A DNA stretch of 64,000 nucleotides from an uncultured Bacilli bacterium (GCA_910585915.1 CAJUGF010000001.1:4622-68621), one strand, 5' to 3'; shown: positions 9,072 to 19,460, counted from the stretch's first letter. Notes: generated by a model from the letters alone, not told the origin. Made by a program: numbers and translations.

Positions 9072-11192
9072 ATGAAGAAGAGAAAAGGCAGATTTAAAAT
9101 TACAATGAATATCAATTTAAAGATAACATTGCTTGTCTTTTCTTTTTTGTTTTTGTTCATCATTATTAAACTTGCTTATGTTGTTTTAAGTGATAATGTT
9201 GATGGTATTAATTTGACTGAGTTTGCTAATAATCGAAATACTACTAAACAGACTTTGTATGCTTCGCGAGGATCAATTTATGACGTTAACGGAGATGAAC
9301 TTGCTAAAAATGTGAAGTCTTATACGGTCATTGCTTATTTGTCTTCTAGTAGAACAACGAACGAAAAGAAGCCAGAACATGTGGTGGATCCTGAGGGAAC
9401 GGCAAAGGCTTTAGCACCAATTATTCATATGAGTGAAGAAGCCATTTTGAAGTTATTAAGCCAAAAGTTATATCAAGTAGAACTTGGCCCTGGAGGAAGA
9501 GGTATTACTGAAGATACTAAAAAACAAATTGAAGATTTAGAACTTCCAGGGATTAGTTTTATTACTAGTATGAAGCGCTTTTATAAAAATAAGAGTTATG
9601 CTTCTTATTTAGTTGGTTATGCTCGAAGTGATGATAGTGGTGAGATTAAAGGTCAGATGGGGGTTGAATCTTACTATGATGATCTTTTAAAAGGAACAGA
9701 TGGTTATACAGAGTATCAACAAGATGCTGCTGGATATCCAATGCCTAATACACAGATTACAAAAGAAGCAGAAAGTGGAGCAGACATTTATTTGACAATC
9801 AATAATAATATTCAATTAATTTTGGAGAATGTATTAACCAAACTAAAAAATGAGCATAGTTTGGAGTGGGCACAGTTTTCAGTGATGGATGCTAAAACTG
9901 GAGCAATTGTAGGAAGTGCTACCGTTCCTAATTTTGATCTAAATACTTTAAAAGGGATTACTTCTTATTTGAATCCTTTAACAAGTTATCAATATGAACC
10001 TGGTTCAACGATGAAAATATTTTCTTTTATGGCAGCGATTGAAAATGGAATTTATAAGGGCGATGATACTTTTCAGTCAGGGCATATTATTTTGAATGAT
10101 GGAACACGTATTAATGATTTTAATAATGTTGGATGGGGAACTATTAATTATGATACTGGTTTTTCTTACTCTTCTAATGTAGCTGCTACTAAACTTGCTC
10201 TTAATTTAGGTGTTTCAAAGTTAAAAGATTTTTATGAAACTTGTGGTTTTGGAAAGAAAACTGGAATTACTTTACCAAGTGAAAGTATAGGATCTATTAA
10301 TTTTAATTATGAAAGTGAATTAGCTAACGCGAGTTTTGGGCAAGGGATGAGTGTTACACCAATTCAAATGCTACAGGCATTGTCAAGTCTTGTAAATGAT
10401 GGAATTATGATTAAGCCTTATATTGTTTCTAAGGTGGTTAATTCTAAAGGGGAGATCATTCAAAGTGGTCAACGAGAAGAAGTTGGACGAGTTGCTAGTG
10501 TAACTACTATTTCGCGCATGAAGAAAATGATGTATGATGTTGTTTATAATGGTTTTTCTTATAATAAAGGGTATGCTCCTAGCAATGTGACGATTGCTGG
10601 TAAAACAGGTACAGCACAGATTGCTAGTCCAAAAGGTGGCTATTTAACTGGGGAATACGATTATATTAAGAGTTTTGCTGGATTTTTTCCTTATGAAGAT
10701 CCCCAATATGTTTTATATTTTTCAACGAAACAGTTAGTTAGTAGTAGTGCAGATATTATGCAAGTTGTTTCTTCCACAATTGGAGAAATTGCAAAAGTCA
10801 TGAGTATTCAAGATAATAGTAGCGATGAGACTGTTCAAAAAGTGGTTATTATGAATAATTATATTTCTCAACAATTGGATAGTAGTCTTGAGGATTTGAA
10901 AAAATTACAATTAAACCCTATTGTATTAGGAGAAGGTAGTCATGTTATTTCACAGTATCCTAAAGTTGGAAGTAGTGTTTTACAAAAATCTAAGGTGTTT
11001 TTGCTTACTAATGATACAACTTATAAAATGCCAGATGTAATTGGTTGGAGTACGAATGATTTAATTCGTTTTTGTAATATGATTGGTCTTTCTTATCATA
11101 TGAATGGATATGGAAAAGTTGTTAGTACTAATATAGAAGCAGGTAGTATCATTGATTTGAATGTCCCTTTAGAAATTCAACTTGGAATTTAA
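9072..11192 (+). CDS. Class B penicillin-binding protein (FtsI/PBP2B-like transpeptidase) with C-terminal PASTA domains
   Basis: N-terminal TM, PBP dimerisation region, transpeptidase motifs STMK (SxxK) and SSN, KTGT(A) box, and two C-terminal PASTA-like repeats. Confidence 0.88.
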   Translation: MKKRKGRFKITMNINLKITLLVFSFLFLFIIIKLAYVVLSDNVDGINLTEFANNRNTTKQTLYASRGSIYDVNGDELAKNVKSYTVIAYLSSSRTTNEKKPEHVVDPEGTAKALAPIIHMSEEAILKLLSQKLYQVELGPGGRGITEDTKKQIEDLELPGISFITSMKRFYKNKSYASYLVGYARSDDSGEIKGQMGVESYYDDLLKGTDGYTEYQQDAAGYPMPNTQITKEAESGADIYLTINNNIQLILENVLTKLKNEHSLEWAQFSVMDAKTGAIVGSATVPNFDLNTLKGITSYLNPLTSYQYEPGSTMKIFSFMAAIENGIYKGDDTFQSGHIILNDGTRINDFNNVGWGTINYDTGFSYSSNVAATKLALNLGVSKLKDFYETCGFGKKTGITLPSESIGSINFNYESELANASFGQGMSVTPIQMLQALSSLVNDGIMIKPYIVSKVVNSKGEIIQSGQREEVGRVASVTTISRMKKMMYDVVYNGFSYNKGYAPSNVTIAGKTGTAQIASPKGGYLTGEYDYIKSFAGFFPYEDPQYVLYFSTKQLVSSSADIMQVVSSTIGEIAKVMSIQDNSSDETVQKVVIMNNYISQQLDSSLEDLKKLQLNPIVLGEGSHVISQYPKVGSSVLQKSKVFLLTNDTTYKMPDVIGWSTNDLIRFCNMIGLSYHMNGYGKVVSTNIEAGSIIDLNVPLEIQLGI

Positions 11193-11259
11193 GGAATTAT
11201 AATTCTCATCCTAAGAAAAAATAAAATTATACGAATTGGGAAGGAGAAAAGTGATTCTT

Positions 11260-12009
11260 ATGGTAAAACATTTTATTATTATGGGAAGTTCTTATGAAAC
11301 AAAACGAAAAATTGCATTAGATGTAGTTGGAGAAGAACGAGTTTGTGAAAAGGAAGTTCGTTCTATTATGGATTATTTGAAAGAAAATTGTCTTTTAAGT
11401 TCTATTTCTACACATATGATTATTACCGATTCTCCAACTTTTCAATCTGTACAAAATCATGATCATTTTTTTTCTAATGTTAGTCTAATTTCAACAAAAG
11501 AAGAATTTGTTAATCTAATTAATAAAGATCGATATTTAAAAGGAATTGATGTAGCTAATTATATAAAAACACGTATTTCTTGTACTCATTTAAAAATTGA
11601 AAAATTAACTTATCTTTGTTATGCTGATTATCTTTGTGCTTATCATAAGCCTTTATTTCAAGATAAAATATTCGCTTATGCTAAGGGACCAGTGGTACAA
11701 TCCGTTTATCGAAAGTTTAAAGGCATAAAATCTTTATTAAATGTGAGTGAGGATGATAAGAAGGAATATTCTAATAAAAGTGCTTATATGTCTGTACGTA
11801 GTAGAATTATGGTTTCAGAAGATGGATTATATAAATTGGATAGTATTAATAAAACTTTAGAGAAGTATGGCCATTTGAAAGGTCAAGAATTAGTAGAATT
11901 GACACATAGAGTGGATAGTCCATGGGTTTATTCGGGAAGTGGAAAGAAAAAATATCAAAAAATTACAGATGATATTATTTTGAAATATCATTGTAATGAG
12001 ATTCTTTGA
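11260..12009 (+). CDS. Panacea/GepA-like (DUF4065) domain protein, solo; ORF track starts at 11236 (TTG)
   Basis: Core LKIEKLTYLCYADYLCAYHKPLFQDKIFAYAKGPVVQSVYRKFKG closely matches the Panacea/SocA-GepA domain consensus (KLQKLLYyaq ... PLF.d.i.AW.yGPVvpsvY). Flanked by novel N- and C-terminal extensions. RBS GGAAGGAG. Confidence 0.75.
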   Translation: MVKHFIIMGSSYETKRKIALDVVGEERVCEKEVRSIMDYLKENCLLSSISTHMIITDSPTFQSVQNHDHFFSNVSLISTKEEFVNLINKDRYLKGIDVANYIKTRISCTHLKIEKLTYLCYADYLCAYHKPLFQDKIFAYAKGPVVQSVYRKFKGIKSLLNVSEDDKKEYSNKSAYMSVRSRIMVSEDGLYKLDSINKTLEKYGHLKGQELVELTHRVDSPWVYSGSGKKKYQKITDDIILKYHCNEIL

Positions 12010-12104
12010 TATTGTGATGTTGTGTATTTTGAAACTGGAAAAATTATCGCTTAAAGATAATTTTTTTTCTTTTAGTAATAAAAATGTTATAAATTCCATA
12101 ATTT

Positions 12105-12215
12105 GGGCTCGACAAATTTAAAAAATGTGATAAAATAACAACTTAATTAATCATTTTATGGGGGTTGTGATGTATTTTCGACAAATTGCGACAAATGTGG
12201 TGACAAATGTGTGTT
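12105..12215 (+). promoter_or_regulatory. Array of four GACAAAT direct repeats upstream of the polysaccharide locus (candidate transcription-factor binding sites)
   Basis: (C/T)GACAAAT at 12111, 12180, 12190 and 12202; the last three are on a 10-12 bp (helical) period and followed by GTG. They sit in the 290-bp intergenic region before the initiating sugar transferase gene. Confidence 0.5.
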
Positions 12216-12301
12216 AAGTTAATGTTATGATCTGTGAAGTAAAGTAGATTAATGTTATACTTTTATTAAGTTAAAGGGGATTTAAAAGGAGAGGTTGGTT
12301 T

Positions 12302-12979
12302 ATGAATCAAGAAAAGGTTTTAATTGAAAGTACGCATAGTGGAATTGCTACTTTTAAGAAGATTTGTTATGTTTGTAGTAAAAGAACATTTGATGTTTTA
12401 GTGAGTCTGATTGGAATGTTATGGTTACTTCCACTTGCTATTATTATTAAAGTAATTTATGTGTGTACAGGGGATTTTCATAGTATTTTTTATAAGCAAG
12501 AGAGAATTGGCCTTCATGGAAAAACTTTTATGCTTTATAAGTTTCGTACAATGAAACCACATGCAGATGAGTTACTTAAAATTATTCTTGCAAATAATGA
12601 AGATTTGCGTAATGAATATGAAGAAAATAAAAAAATGAAAAATGATCCTCGTATTACGAAAGCTGGTAAAATAATTCGTAAACTTTCTTTGGATGAATTT
12701 CCTCAATTTATTAATATTTTTAAGGGAGATATGAGTTTGGTTGGAAATCGTCCTTATTTACCACGTGAGAAAGAAGATATGGGAAGTTATTATAAATATA
12801 TTATTAAAACAAAACCCGGTCTTACTGGATATTGGCAAGTGAATGGTAGAAGTAATACAACGTTTATTGATCGACTTAGAATGGAGAAAAAGTATAGTAA
12901 TATTCAAAGTTTTGGTTTAGATGTCAAGATCATTTTTAAAACAATGGAACAATTTATTAAACATAATGGAGCTATGTAA
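12302..12979 (+). CDS. Polyprenyl-phosphate sugar phosphotransferase (bacterial sugar transferase, WbaP/CpsE C-terminal domain type)
   Basis: Single N-terminal TM then the Bac_transf domain motifs (KFRTM, DELPQ-like DEFPQFINIFKGDMSLVGNRP, YWQV). RBS AAAGGAGAGG. Confidence 0.88.
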   Translation: MNQEKVLIESTHSGIATFKKICYVCSKRTFDVLVSLIGMLWLLPLAIIIKVIYVCTGDFHSIFYKQERIGLHGKTFMLYKFRTMKPHADELLKIILANNEDLRNEYEENKKMKNDPRITKAGKIIRKLSLDEFPQFINIFKGDMSLVGNRPYLPREKEDMGSYYKYIIKTKPGLTGYWQVNGRSNTTFIDRLRMEKKYSNIQSFGLDVKIIFKTMEQFIKHNGAM

Positions 12980-13054
12980 TTTTATAGCTTTTTTTATTGA
13001 AAAGTTTTGAAAATTTTGGATAGTATGTTAAAATTATATTGGAAGGTAAGTTTT

Positions 13055-14233
13055 ATGAAACACGTTTTTATTATTGGATCTAAAGGTATTCCAGCTAATT
13101 ATGGAGGATATGAAACTTTTGTACATAAATTAACTGAATACCAAAAGAATAAACATCTTAAATTTCATGTAGCATGTGCAGTGGATGATTTGTCTAAACA
13201 TTCAATTGAGTTTGAATTTAATGGAGCGCATTGTTTTAATATTGAATGGCGCAGGCTTGGATCTGCACGAGCTATTTTTTATGATGTGGATGCATTAAAA
13301 TGGGCTATTCAATATGTTAAAGCCAATAAAATAGAAAAACCAATTTTTTATATTTTGGCATGTCGAATGGGGCCATTTATTCATAAATATAAGAAAATTA
13401 TTTCTAGTTTAGGTGGAAAACTTTATGTTAATCCAGATGGTCATGAATGGTTACGAAGTAAATGGAGTTTGCCAGTTAGAAAATATTGGAAGATTTCAGA
13501 AAGTTTAATGATAAAACATGCTGATTTAGTAATATGTGATAGTAAAAATATTGAAGAATATATTCATAAAGAATATAAAAAATATCATCCTAATACAACT
13601 TATATTGCTTATGGTGCAGAAACTTCTCCATCTACTTTATCTGATGATGATAATAAATGGAAGGAATGGCTTAGTAAAAATCAAGTAAAATCTAATCAAT
13701 ATTATTTGATTGTGGGAAGATTTGTACCAGAGAATAATTATGAAACTATGATTAGAGAATTTTGTAATTCAAATATTTCAAAGGATTTGGTTATTATAAC
13801 TGGGGTAAAATCTAATGATAAATTTTTTGATTATTTGAGTCAAACTACAAATTTTCAAAAGGATAAGCGTGTAAAGTTTGTTGGAACAGTTTATGATCAA
13901 GATCTTTTAAAAAAAATTCGTGAAGAAGCTTATGGATATTTGCATGGACATGAGGTTGGAGGTACCAATCCAAGTTTATTAGAAGCTTTAGGTTTAACAA
14001 AGCTAAATCTTTTATTCGATGTCGGTTTTAATCGAGAAGTGGCACTTGATACTGCTTATTATTGGACCAAAGAAAAAAATAATTTATCTAAACTTTTAGA
14101 AAAGTGCGAAAATTTGAGTGCAGCAGAGATCAATGATATTTCTAAATCTGCGAAAAAGATTATTCGGGAAAAATATAGTTGTGAGTACATTAACGAACGA
14201 TATGAAAGGTTGTTTTATGATGGAGAAAAATGA
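13055..14233 (+). CDS. Glycosyltransferase family 4 with DUF1972-type N-terminus (WchF/Cps2T-like rhamnosyl/glycosyl transferase)
   Basis: N-terminus MKHVFIIGSKGIPANYGGYETFV is typical of DUF1972-GT4 enzymes. C-terminal GT4 E..GG..P..LEA-type region (HGHEVGGTNPSLLEA). Confidence 0.75.
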   Translation: MKHVFIIGSKGIPANYGGYETFVHKLTEYQKNKHLKFHVACAVDDLSKHSIEFEFNGAHCFNIEWRRLGSARAIFYDVDALKWAIQYVKANKIEKPIFYILACRMGPFIHKYKKIISSLGGKLYVNPDGHEWLRSKWSLPVRKYWKISESLMIKHADLVICDSKNIEEYIHKEYKKYHPNTTYIAYGAETSPSTLSDDDNKWKEWLSKNQVKSNQYYLIVGRFVPENNYETMIREFCNSNISKDLVIITGVKSNDKFFDYLSQTTNFQKDKRVKFVGTVYDQDLLKKIREEAYGYLHGHEVGGTNPSLLEALGLTKLNLLFDVGFNREVALDTAYYWTKEKNNLSKLLEKCENLSAAEINDISKSAKKIIREKYSCEYINERYERLFYDGEK

Positions 14234-15047
14234 TTTTTTGTTGCAGATTCAGTCTTTAGAACTGGAAGCTTTAAAAGAATTAAAATCGTTTTGTGATAAG
14301 CATCAAATAAAGTTCTTTTTACGTGGTGGTAGTGTTATGGGAGCAATTAAGTATTCAGGATTTGTTCCTTGGGATGATGATGCAGATATTGCTATTCCTA
14401 GAGATCAGTATGATAAGTTAATAAGTCTTTGTCAGACAGAAGAATGGTCCGAAAAATTCTATATTGCCAGTTATCATTATAATTCAGAAATACATTGTTA
14501 TTTCCCAAGAGTTTTAGTTAAAAATGAGGTTTTAGAACAATTGCAATTACCAAAGAATAATCATTTAGGTTTAACCATTATTGATATTTTGCCATTAGAT
14601 GGTGCTCCAAAAAGTCGCTTTGCTCGGGAATTATATTTTTTCAAAGTTTATGTTTTAAGAGCGTTAGCAGGGGTTCATACTCTTAGTATTAAAGAAACTG
14701 TTGATATGCATGATAGCAAAAAAAGACTTGTTTTAAAATTATTAAAATTTTTTCATGTTGATTCTTTGTATTCTCAAGATCAAATATATCATGCTCTTGA
14801 TCGCTTATATAAAAGATATGACTATAAAACTTGCAAACATATAGGTACTCTTACTGGATCTTTGTATAAGAAAGAAATTTTTCCAAGAGATTATTGGGGG
14901 GAAGGCGTTTATCATAAATTTTGTGATACTGAATTTTTAGTTCCAGATGAATATGATAAATATTTGCAACAATTATATGGAAAGGATTATATGACTACTA
15001 TACCAACAGAAGAGAAGATTGCAGCAAAAAAACATATAAAAGAGTAG
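14217..15047 (+). CDS. LicD-family phosphotransferase (phosphocholine/polyol-phosphate transfer to glycopolymers)
   Basis: LRGGSVMGAIKYSGFVPWDDDADIAIPR matches the LicD nucleotidyltransferase-fold DxD motif; overlaps the upstream gene by 17 nt. Confidence 0.8.
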   Translation: MMEKNDFLLQIQSLELEALKELKSFCDKHQIKFFLRGGSVMGAIKYSGFVPWDDDADIAIPRDQYDKLISLCQTEEWSEKFYIASYHYNSEIHCYFPRVLVKNEVLEQLQLPKNNHLGLTIIDILPLDGAPKSRFARELYFFKVYVLRALAGVHTLSIKETVDMHDSKKRLVLKLLKFFHVDSLYSQDQIYHALDRLYKRYDYKTCKHIGTLTGSLYKKEIFPRDYWGEGVYHKFCDTEFLVPDEYDKYLQQLYGKDYMTTIPTEEKIAAKKHIKE

Positions 15048-15059
15048 TATGAGAAATTT

Positions 15060-15935
15060 ATGATAGGGTTTGTTATTTTACATTATATGGCTTATGATGA
15101 AACCATAAAATGTACAGAGAAAATTTTAGAAAATGTGAGAGAAGAAAAAAAAATTGTAATTGTTGATAATGCGTCTAGTAATGGTTCAGGGCAAAAGTTA
15201 AAAGAATATTTTGCTAATAATGATGATGTTATTGTAATTTTACAATCATCTAATTTAGGATTTGCTAAAGGAAATAATATTGGATTTCAATATATAAAGA
15301 GTAATTTTAATTGTGATTATTTAGTGATACTTAATAACGATGTAGAGATATCTGATCAATGTTTTAAAGAAAAATTGGATGATGCTTATCAAAAATATGA
15401 TTTTGATGTTTTGGGACCTGATATTTATTGTACCACTTTAGATGTTCATCAAAGTCCTAAAAGGTTATCTTCTTATACTTACAATGAAGTTGTAAGTGAA
15501 TTAGATAAATATAGAAAAAAATCTCAAAGCAAGTATGTTACTGCATTTAAATGTTATTTGAAGAAAATTCCTTTTTTAAAGAAAATGGTACATGGGAAAA
15601 GACGTGGAAGACAGCAGATTGATTATAATAAAACTTATTTTAATGTTCCATTACATGGCTCTTGTGTTGTTTATTCAAAAAAATTTATAGAAAAAAGATC
15701 CTATGCTTTTTTTGATCAAACTTTTATGTATTTTGAGTTAGAAATATTGGATTATGAATGTCATAGAGATTCTATGAAAACGGTGTATTATCCAGCTATT
15801 AAAGTTTTACATCATCATAATGTTTCAACTAATCTGGCATATAAATCTGAACTTCAAAAAGTTCATTTTATGAATCAATGTATATGTGAATCATTAGAAA
15901 AATTTGTAGAACTAATGGAAAAGGATAGAAATTAA
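15060..15935 (+). CDS. Glycosyltransferase family 2
   Basis: VIVDNASSNGS, LNNDVE (DxD-like) and the GT-A architecture. Confidence 0.8.
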   Translation: MIGFVILHYMAYDETIKCTEKILENVREEKKIVIVDNASSNGSGQKLKEYFANNDDVIVILQSSNLGFAKGNNIGFQYIKSNFNCDYLVILNNDVEISDQCFKEKLDDAYQKYDFDVLGPDIYCTTLDVHQSPKRLSSYTYNEVVSELDKYRKKSQSKYVTAFKCYLKKIPFLKKMVHGKRRGRQQIDYNKTYFNVPLHGSCVVYSKKFIEKRSYAFFDQTFMYFELEILDYECHRDSMKTVYYPAIKVLHHHNVSTNLAYKSELQKVHFMNQCICESLEKFVELMEKDRN

Positions 15936-15949
15936 AAGAGGGTGAATTA

Positions 15950-17293
15950 ATGGAATACTTAGTATTACTGTTTATTACAGAAATTTTCTTTTTAATGATT
16001 TCTTATTTTTCGACTGGGAGAGATATTTTAAGACCTATAAATGTTATGCTTGGAATGTTTTGTTTAAGTACTTTCATTGCGCTTTTGAATGTATTTAATT
16101 GGAATATTGTTTATTCATGGCGCTCTTATTTTATTCTTTCCACAGGGTTATTAGTAGCTTTAATGGCAGATGTTTTTGCTTATAAAAAAAATGATAAGAA
16201 GGCTATTGTTTCAAAAAGAGAGTTAAAAAAAATTGACATTTCTACTTATAAAATTTATTTTATTATTTTGGTTGAATTGGTGATTCTTTTCTTGTATTAT
16301 CGAGAAATAAGACGGCTTGCTATTTTAGATGGTTATGTGGATGGTGCAAACTTATTATGGCATTTTCGAAATATTACTTCTTATACAAGTGAGGAGAGCT
16401 TACGAGGAATTATTAGTTTATTAATTAAATTCATTGATGCTGTTGCTTATGTTTTATCATTTGTTTTGATTAATAATTTATTTTCTAAAAAAATTAAAAA
16501 AAGTGAAGTAGTGCTTTTCTCAATTCCTATTTTATTGTTTGCAGGTAAGGTGTTAATGAGTTCTGCTAGAATGGAATTATTACGTTGGGGAGCTTATTCT
16601 TTTGTTGTAAGTTATATATTGTATAAATATAAAGTTGGATGGGATAAAAATACTACTAAGAGATATGTTACTAAAGGTCTAATTTTAATTCCTGTTGTTT
16701 TATTATTATTTTATTATGCTTCTAGTATTATTGGACGTTCAACAACACGTTCTATGTTTGATTATATATCTACTTATGCAGGTGGTTCTATTCAACATTT
16801 TAATCAATATATTGATTCACCTACCACGACTGAACATTTTGGAGAGGAGACTTTCCCTGCCGTTTATACTATGTTTAAAAGAATCGGATTAACTGATTAT
16901 AGTCGTCCTGTGCATTTGGAAATGCGTCAATTGGGAGTAACTCAGGGCAATGTTTATACTTTTTTTCGCAGACCTTATAATGATTTTGGATATTTTGGAA
17001 TGTTGATTTTTACTTTTATTTTGATTTTTTTCTTTTCTAATGTGTATTCAAAATTTAAGTATAAACACAATAGTTATAGAAATGATTGCGTAATAATTTT
17101 TTACAGTTATTTATTTTATTGGATTGTTCTTTCTTCAGTAGAGCAATATTCAATTGGTTTTGTATCAATGGGTACTGTTTTAACTCTTATTTATTTTCGA
17201 TTATTATATTTCTTTTTTATTCAACTAAAAATACAAAAGTCGAAAATTATTATATATAAAAGCAAAGAGGGGATTTTGAATGAAGGAGAGTAA
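15950..17293 (+). CDS. Polytopic membrane protein, probable Wzy-type polysaccharide polymerase
   Basis: About 10-12 predicted TM helices with one larger loop; its position between the glycosyltransferases and the flippase suggests Wzy. Functional call by context only. Confidence 0.5.
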   Translation: MEYLVLLFITEIFFLMISYFSTGRDILRPINVMLGMFCLSTFIALLNVFNWNIVYSWRSYFILSTGLLVALMADVFAYKKNDKKAIVSKRELKKIDISTYKIYFIILVELVILFLYYREIRRLAILDGYVDGANLLWHFRNITSYTSEESLRGIISLLIKFIDAVAYVLSFVLINNLFSKKIKKSEVVLFSIPILLFAGKVLMSSARMELLRWGAYSFVVSYILYKYKVGWDKNTTKRYVTKGLILIPVVLLLFYYASSIIGRSTTRSMFDYISTYAGGSIQHFNQYIDSPTTTEHFGEETFPAVYTMFKRIGLTDYSRPVHLEMRQLGVTQGNVYTFFRRPYNDFGYFGMLIFTFILIFFFSNVYSKFKYKHNSYRNDCVIIFYSYLFYWIVLSSVEQYSIGFVSMGTVLTLIYFRLLYFFFIQLKIQKSKIIIYKSKEGILNEGE

Positions 17294-18671
17294 ATTAACT
17301 AAAGGTATGCTATATGTTTTAATGGCAAATATTGTGAATTTAATTTTTACATTGGCTACTAATTTTTTACTTCCGAAATATTTGTCTGTTGATACTTATG
17401 CTGCTATTAAAACTTTTCAATTATATGTTACTTATATTGGCTTTTTTCATTTTGGTTTTGTAGATGGAGTTTATTTGAAATTTGGTGGAAAGAATTTAGG
17501 AGCTTTGGATAAAAAAGAAACTATGCGTTCTTTGGCTACTTTGCGTATTTTCCAATTTTTACTTTCATTGTTTTTCATTCTTTTTGCTTTGGTTATTGAT
17601 GATATGATTTTGTTAATGTTTTCATTAGCCATTCTTCCTTTAAATGTAACTTCTTATTTTAAAATGCTTTATCAGTCAGTGGGGGAATTCCAAAAATATA
17701 GTAAGATTACTAATTATGTTGCAGTTTTAACTTTTGTAGTAAATATGATTTTATTATTCTTTTTCCGTAGTGCATCGTTTATGGCTTATTTATTTTGGTA
17801 TGTTTTAATAGATTTGTTTGTTTGGTTTCTTTTAGAATTTAGTTTTTGTAAAGTTTTAAATGAAAAAATTCGTCTATTTTATTTTTCTTTTCAAGAATTC
17901 TTTTCTAATATAAAATCTGGTTTTTCTTTGATGCTTGGAAATTTTGCTTCATTTATTTTAACAGGGCTTGACCGTTGGTTTGTAAAAATATTGATGTCTA
18001 CTATATCATTTGCTCAATATTCGTTTGCTGTGAGTGTCGAAAATATGCTTAACGTGGCTTTGACACCTATCTCTATACCTTTATATAATTATTTTTGTAA
18101 TGAAGATTCCTCTAAAAAAATAAATTTTGTATATCAAGGTATGGTTTTATTTGGGGTAGTTATTGTTTCATCAGCTTTTGTTGTTAAATTTATTCTGGAA
18201 GTATTTTTGACTAATTATTTAGATTCATCTGTCATTATATTTTATTTATTTGCTGCTCAAATATTTCAAATTTTAATTAAGTCTGTGTATGTCAATTTAT
18301 ATAAGGCTAGGAAGCAACAAAAGAAGTATTTTCATCGTTTGTTGTTCGTTGTTTTTTCAGGAATTGTTTTTAATATTGTTTTTTATCTTTTATTAAAAAA
18401 TATTTCAGCTTTTGCCATTGGAACTTTATTTTCTTCTATTTTGTGGTTTCTTTTTTCAAGATGGGATTTTAAAGATATTGGAAATCAATTTCAACTTTTT
18501 CTATTTTTAATTTTAGAAACATTGTTATTTTTATCTTGTGGAATTTTGTTAAATTCTATATGGGGATTTTTATGTTATGTGATAGGTTCTCTTTTCTTTA
18601 GTTTTATTTTTATGGGGGATTATATTATTAACTTATTTAAAATGCTTAAAAGTAAAATTTTGTCAAAATGA
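17280..18671 (+). CDS. Polysaccharide flippase (Wzx / MOP superfamily)
   Basis: 463 aa with about 12-14 TM helices and the Lys-rich N-terminus typical of Wzx; locus context. Confidence 0.6.
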   Translation: MKESKLTKGMLYVLMANIVNLIFTLATNFLLPKYLSVDTYAAIKTFQLYVTYIGFFHFGFVDGVYLKFGGKNLGALDKKETMRSLATLRIFQFLLSLFFILFALVIDDMILLMFSLAILPLNVTSYFKMLYQSVGEFQKYSKITNYVAVLTFVVNMILLFFFRSASFMAYLFWYVLIDLFVWFLLEFSFCKVLNEKIRLFYFSFQEFFSNIKSGFSLMLGNFASFILTGLDRWFVKILMSTISFAQYSFAVSVENMLNVALTPISIPLYNYFCNEDSSKKINFVYQGMVLFGVVIVSSAFVVKFILEVFLTNYLDSSVIIFYLFAAQIFQILIKSVYVNLYKARKQQKKYFHRLLFVVFSGIVFNIVFYLLLKNISAFAIGTLFSSILWFLFSRWDFKDIGNQFQLFLFLILETLLFLSCGILLNSIWGFLCYVIGSLFFSFIFMGDYIINLFKMLKSKILSK

Positions 18672-18758
18672 TTTACATAAAATGTTAATTTTTTATGTAA
18701 TTTTATTTGAAATAGATTATAATCATGATATATTCAATATAGTGTGGAGGGATTTTTA

Positions 18759-19460
18759 ATGGAAGAAATTAATATTGGAGAATTTTTCTCATTTGTTAAG
18801 AAACATTTAATCTTTTTTGTTTCTATGATTTTAATGATTTTAGTTATTTGTATTTTGTATTTTATAGTAATTAAAAAGCCAATATATTCATCTGATGTAT
18901 CTTTAACTTTAACTGGAGTTAATGATTCTCAAGGTAGAGTTACAACCAATGATATTACTTTAAATACAAAAATGTTACCTACCTATCAAGAGGTAATTAC
19001 AAGTCGTAAGGTACTTGATCAAGTAATTAATAATTTAAAGCTTAATAAAACCGTTTCCGAGCTTGTTGGACATATTAAAATTCAAGCTAATACGGATTCG
19101 ATGGTTTTAAATATTACGGTTACGGATGAGAATCGAGTGATTGCTAAAGATATTGCTAATGAAGTGGCTAGTATTTTTGGGGAAGAAATTAAAATTTATG
19201 GTATTACGAGTGTTACTATTTTAGATAAGGCTATTGTAAATGATACACCTATAAATATTAATTATACTAAATCAATTTTGATTAGTTTGTTGGCTGGAAT
19301 ATTTATTTCTTTGGTTTGTTTGTTTATTGTCTTTTATTTAGATACTACGGTAAAAGGTATGGAACAAGTTAATACAAAGTTAGGTCTTGTTGTCTTGGGT
19401 GGAGTTCCACTTCATACAGAAAATACCAAGGGAGTTAGAAAGGGGTTAAAACGTAAATGA
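18759..19460 (+). CDS. Chain-length determinant / BY-kinase modulator (CpsC/YwqC-like Wzz domain)
   Basis: N-terminal TM, periplasmic Wzz-like region, second TM near the C-terminus, basic tail (KGVRKGLKRK); the stop overlaps the start of the kinase gene. Confidence 0.75.
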   Translation: MEEINIGEFFSFVKKHLIFFVSMILMILVICILYFIVIKKPIYSSDVSLTLTGVNDSQGRVTTNDITLNTKMLPTYQEVITSRKVLDQVINNLKLNKTVSELVGHIKIQANTDSMVLNITVTDENRVIAKDIANEVASIFGEEIKIYGITSVTILDKAIVNDTPININYTKSILISLLAGIFISLVCLFIVFYLDTTVKGMEQVNTKLGLVVLGGVPLHTENTKGVRKGLKRK

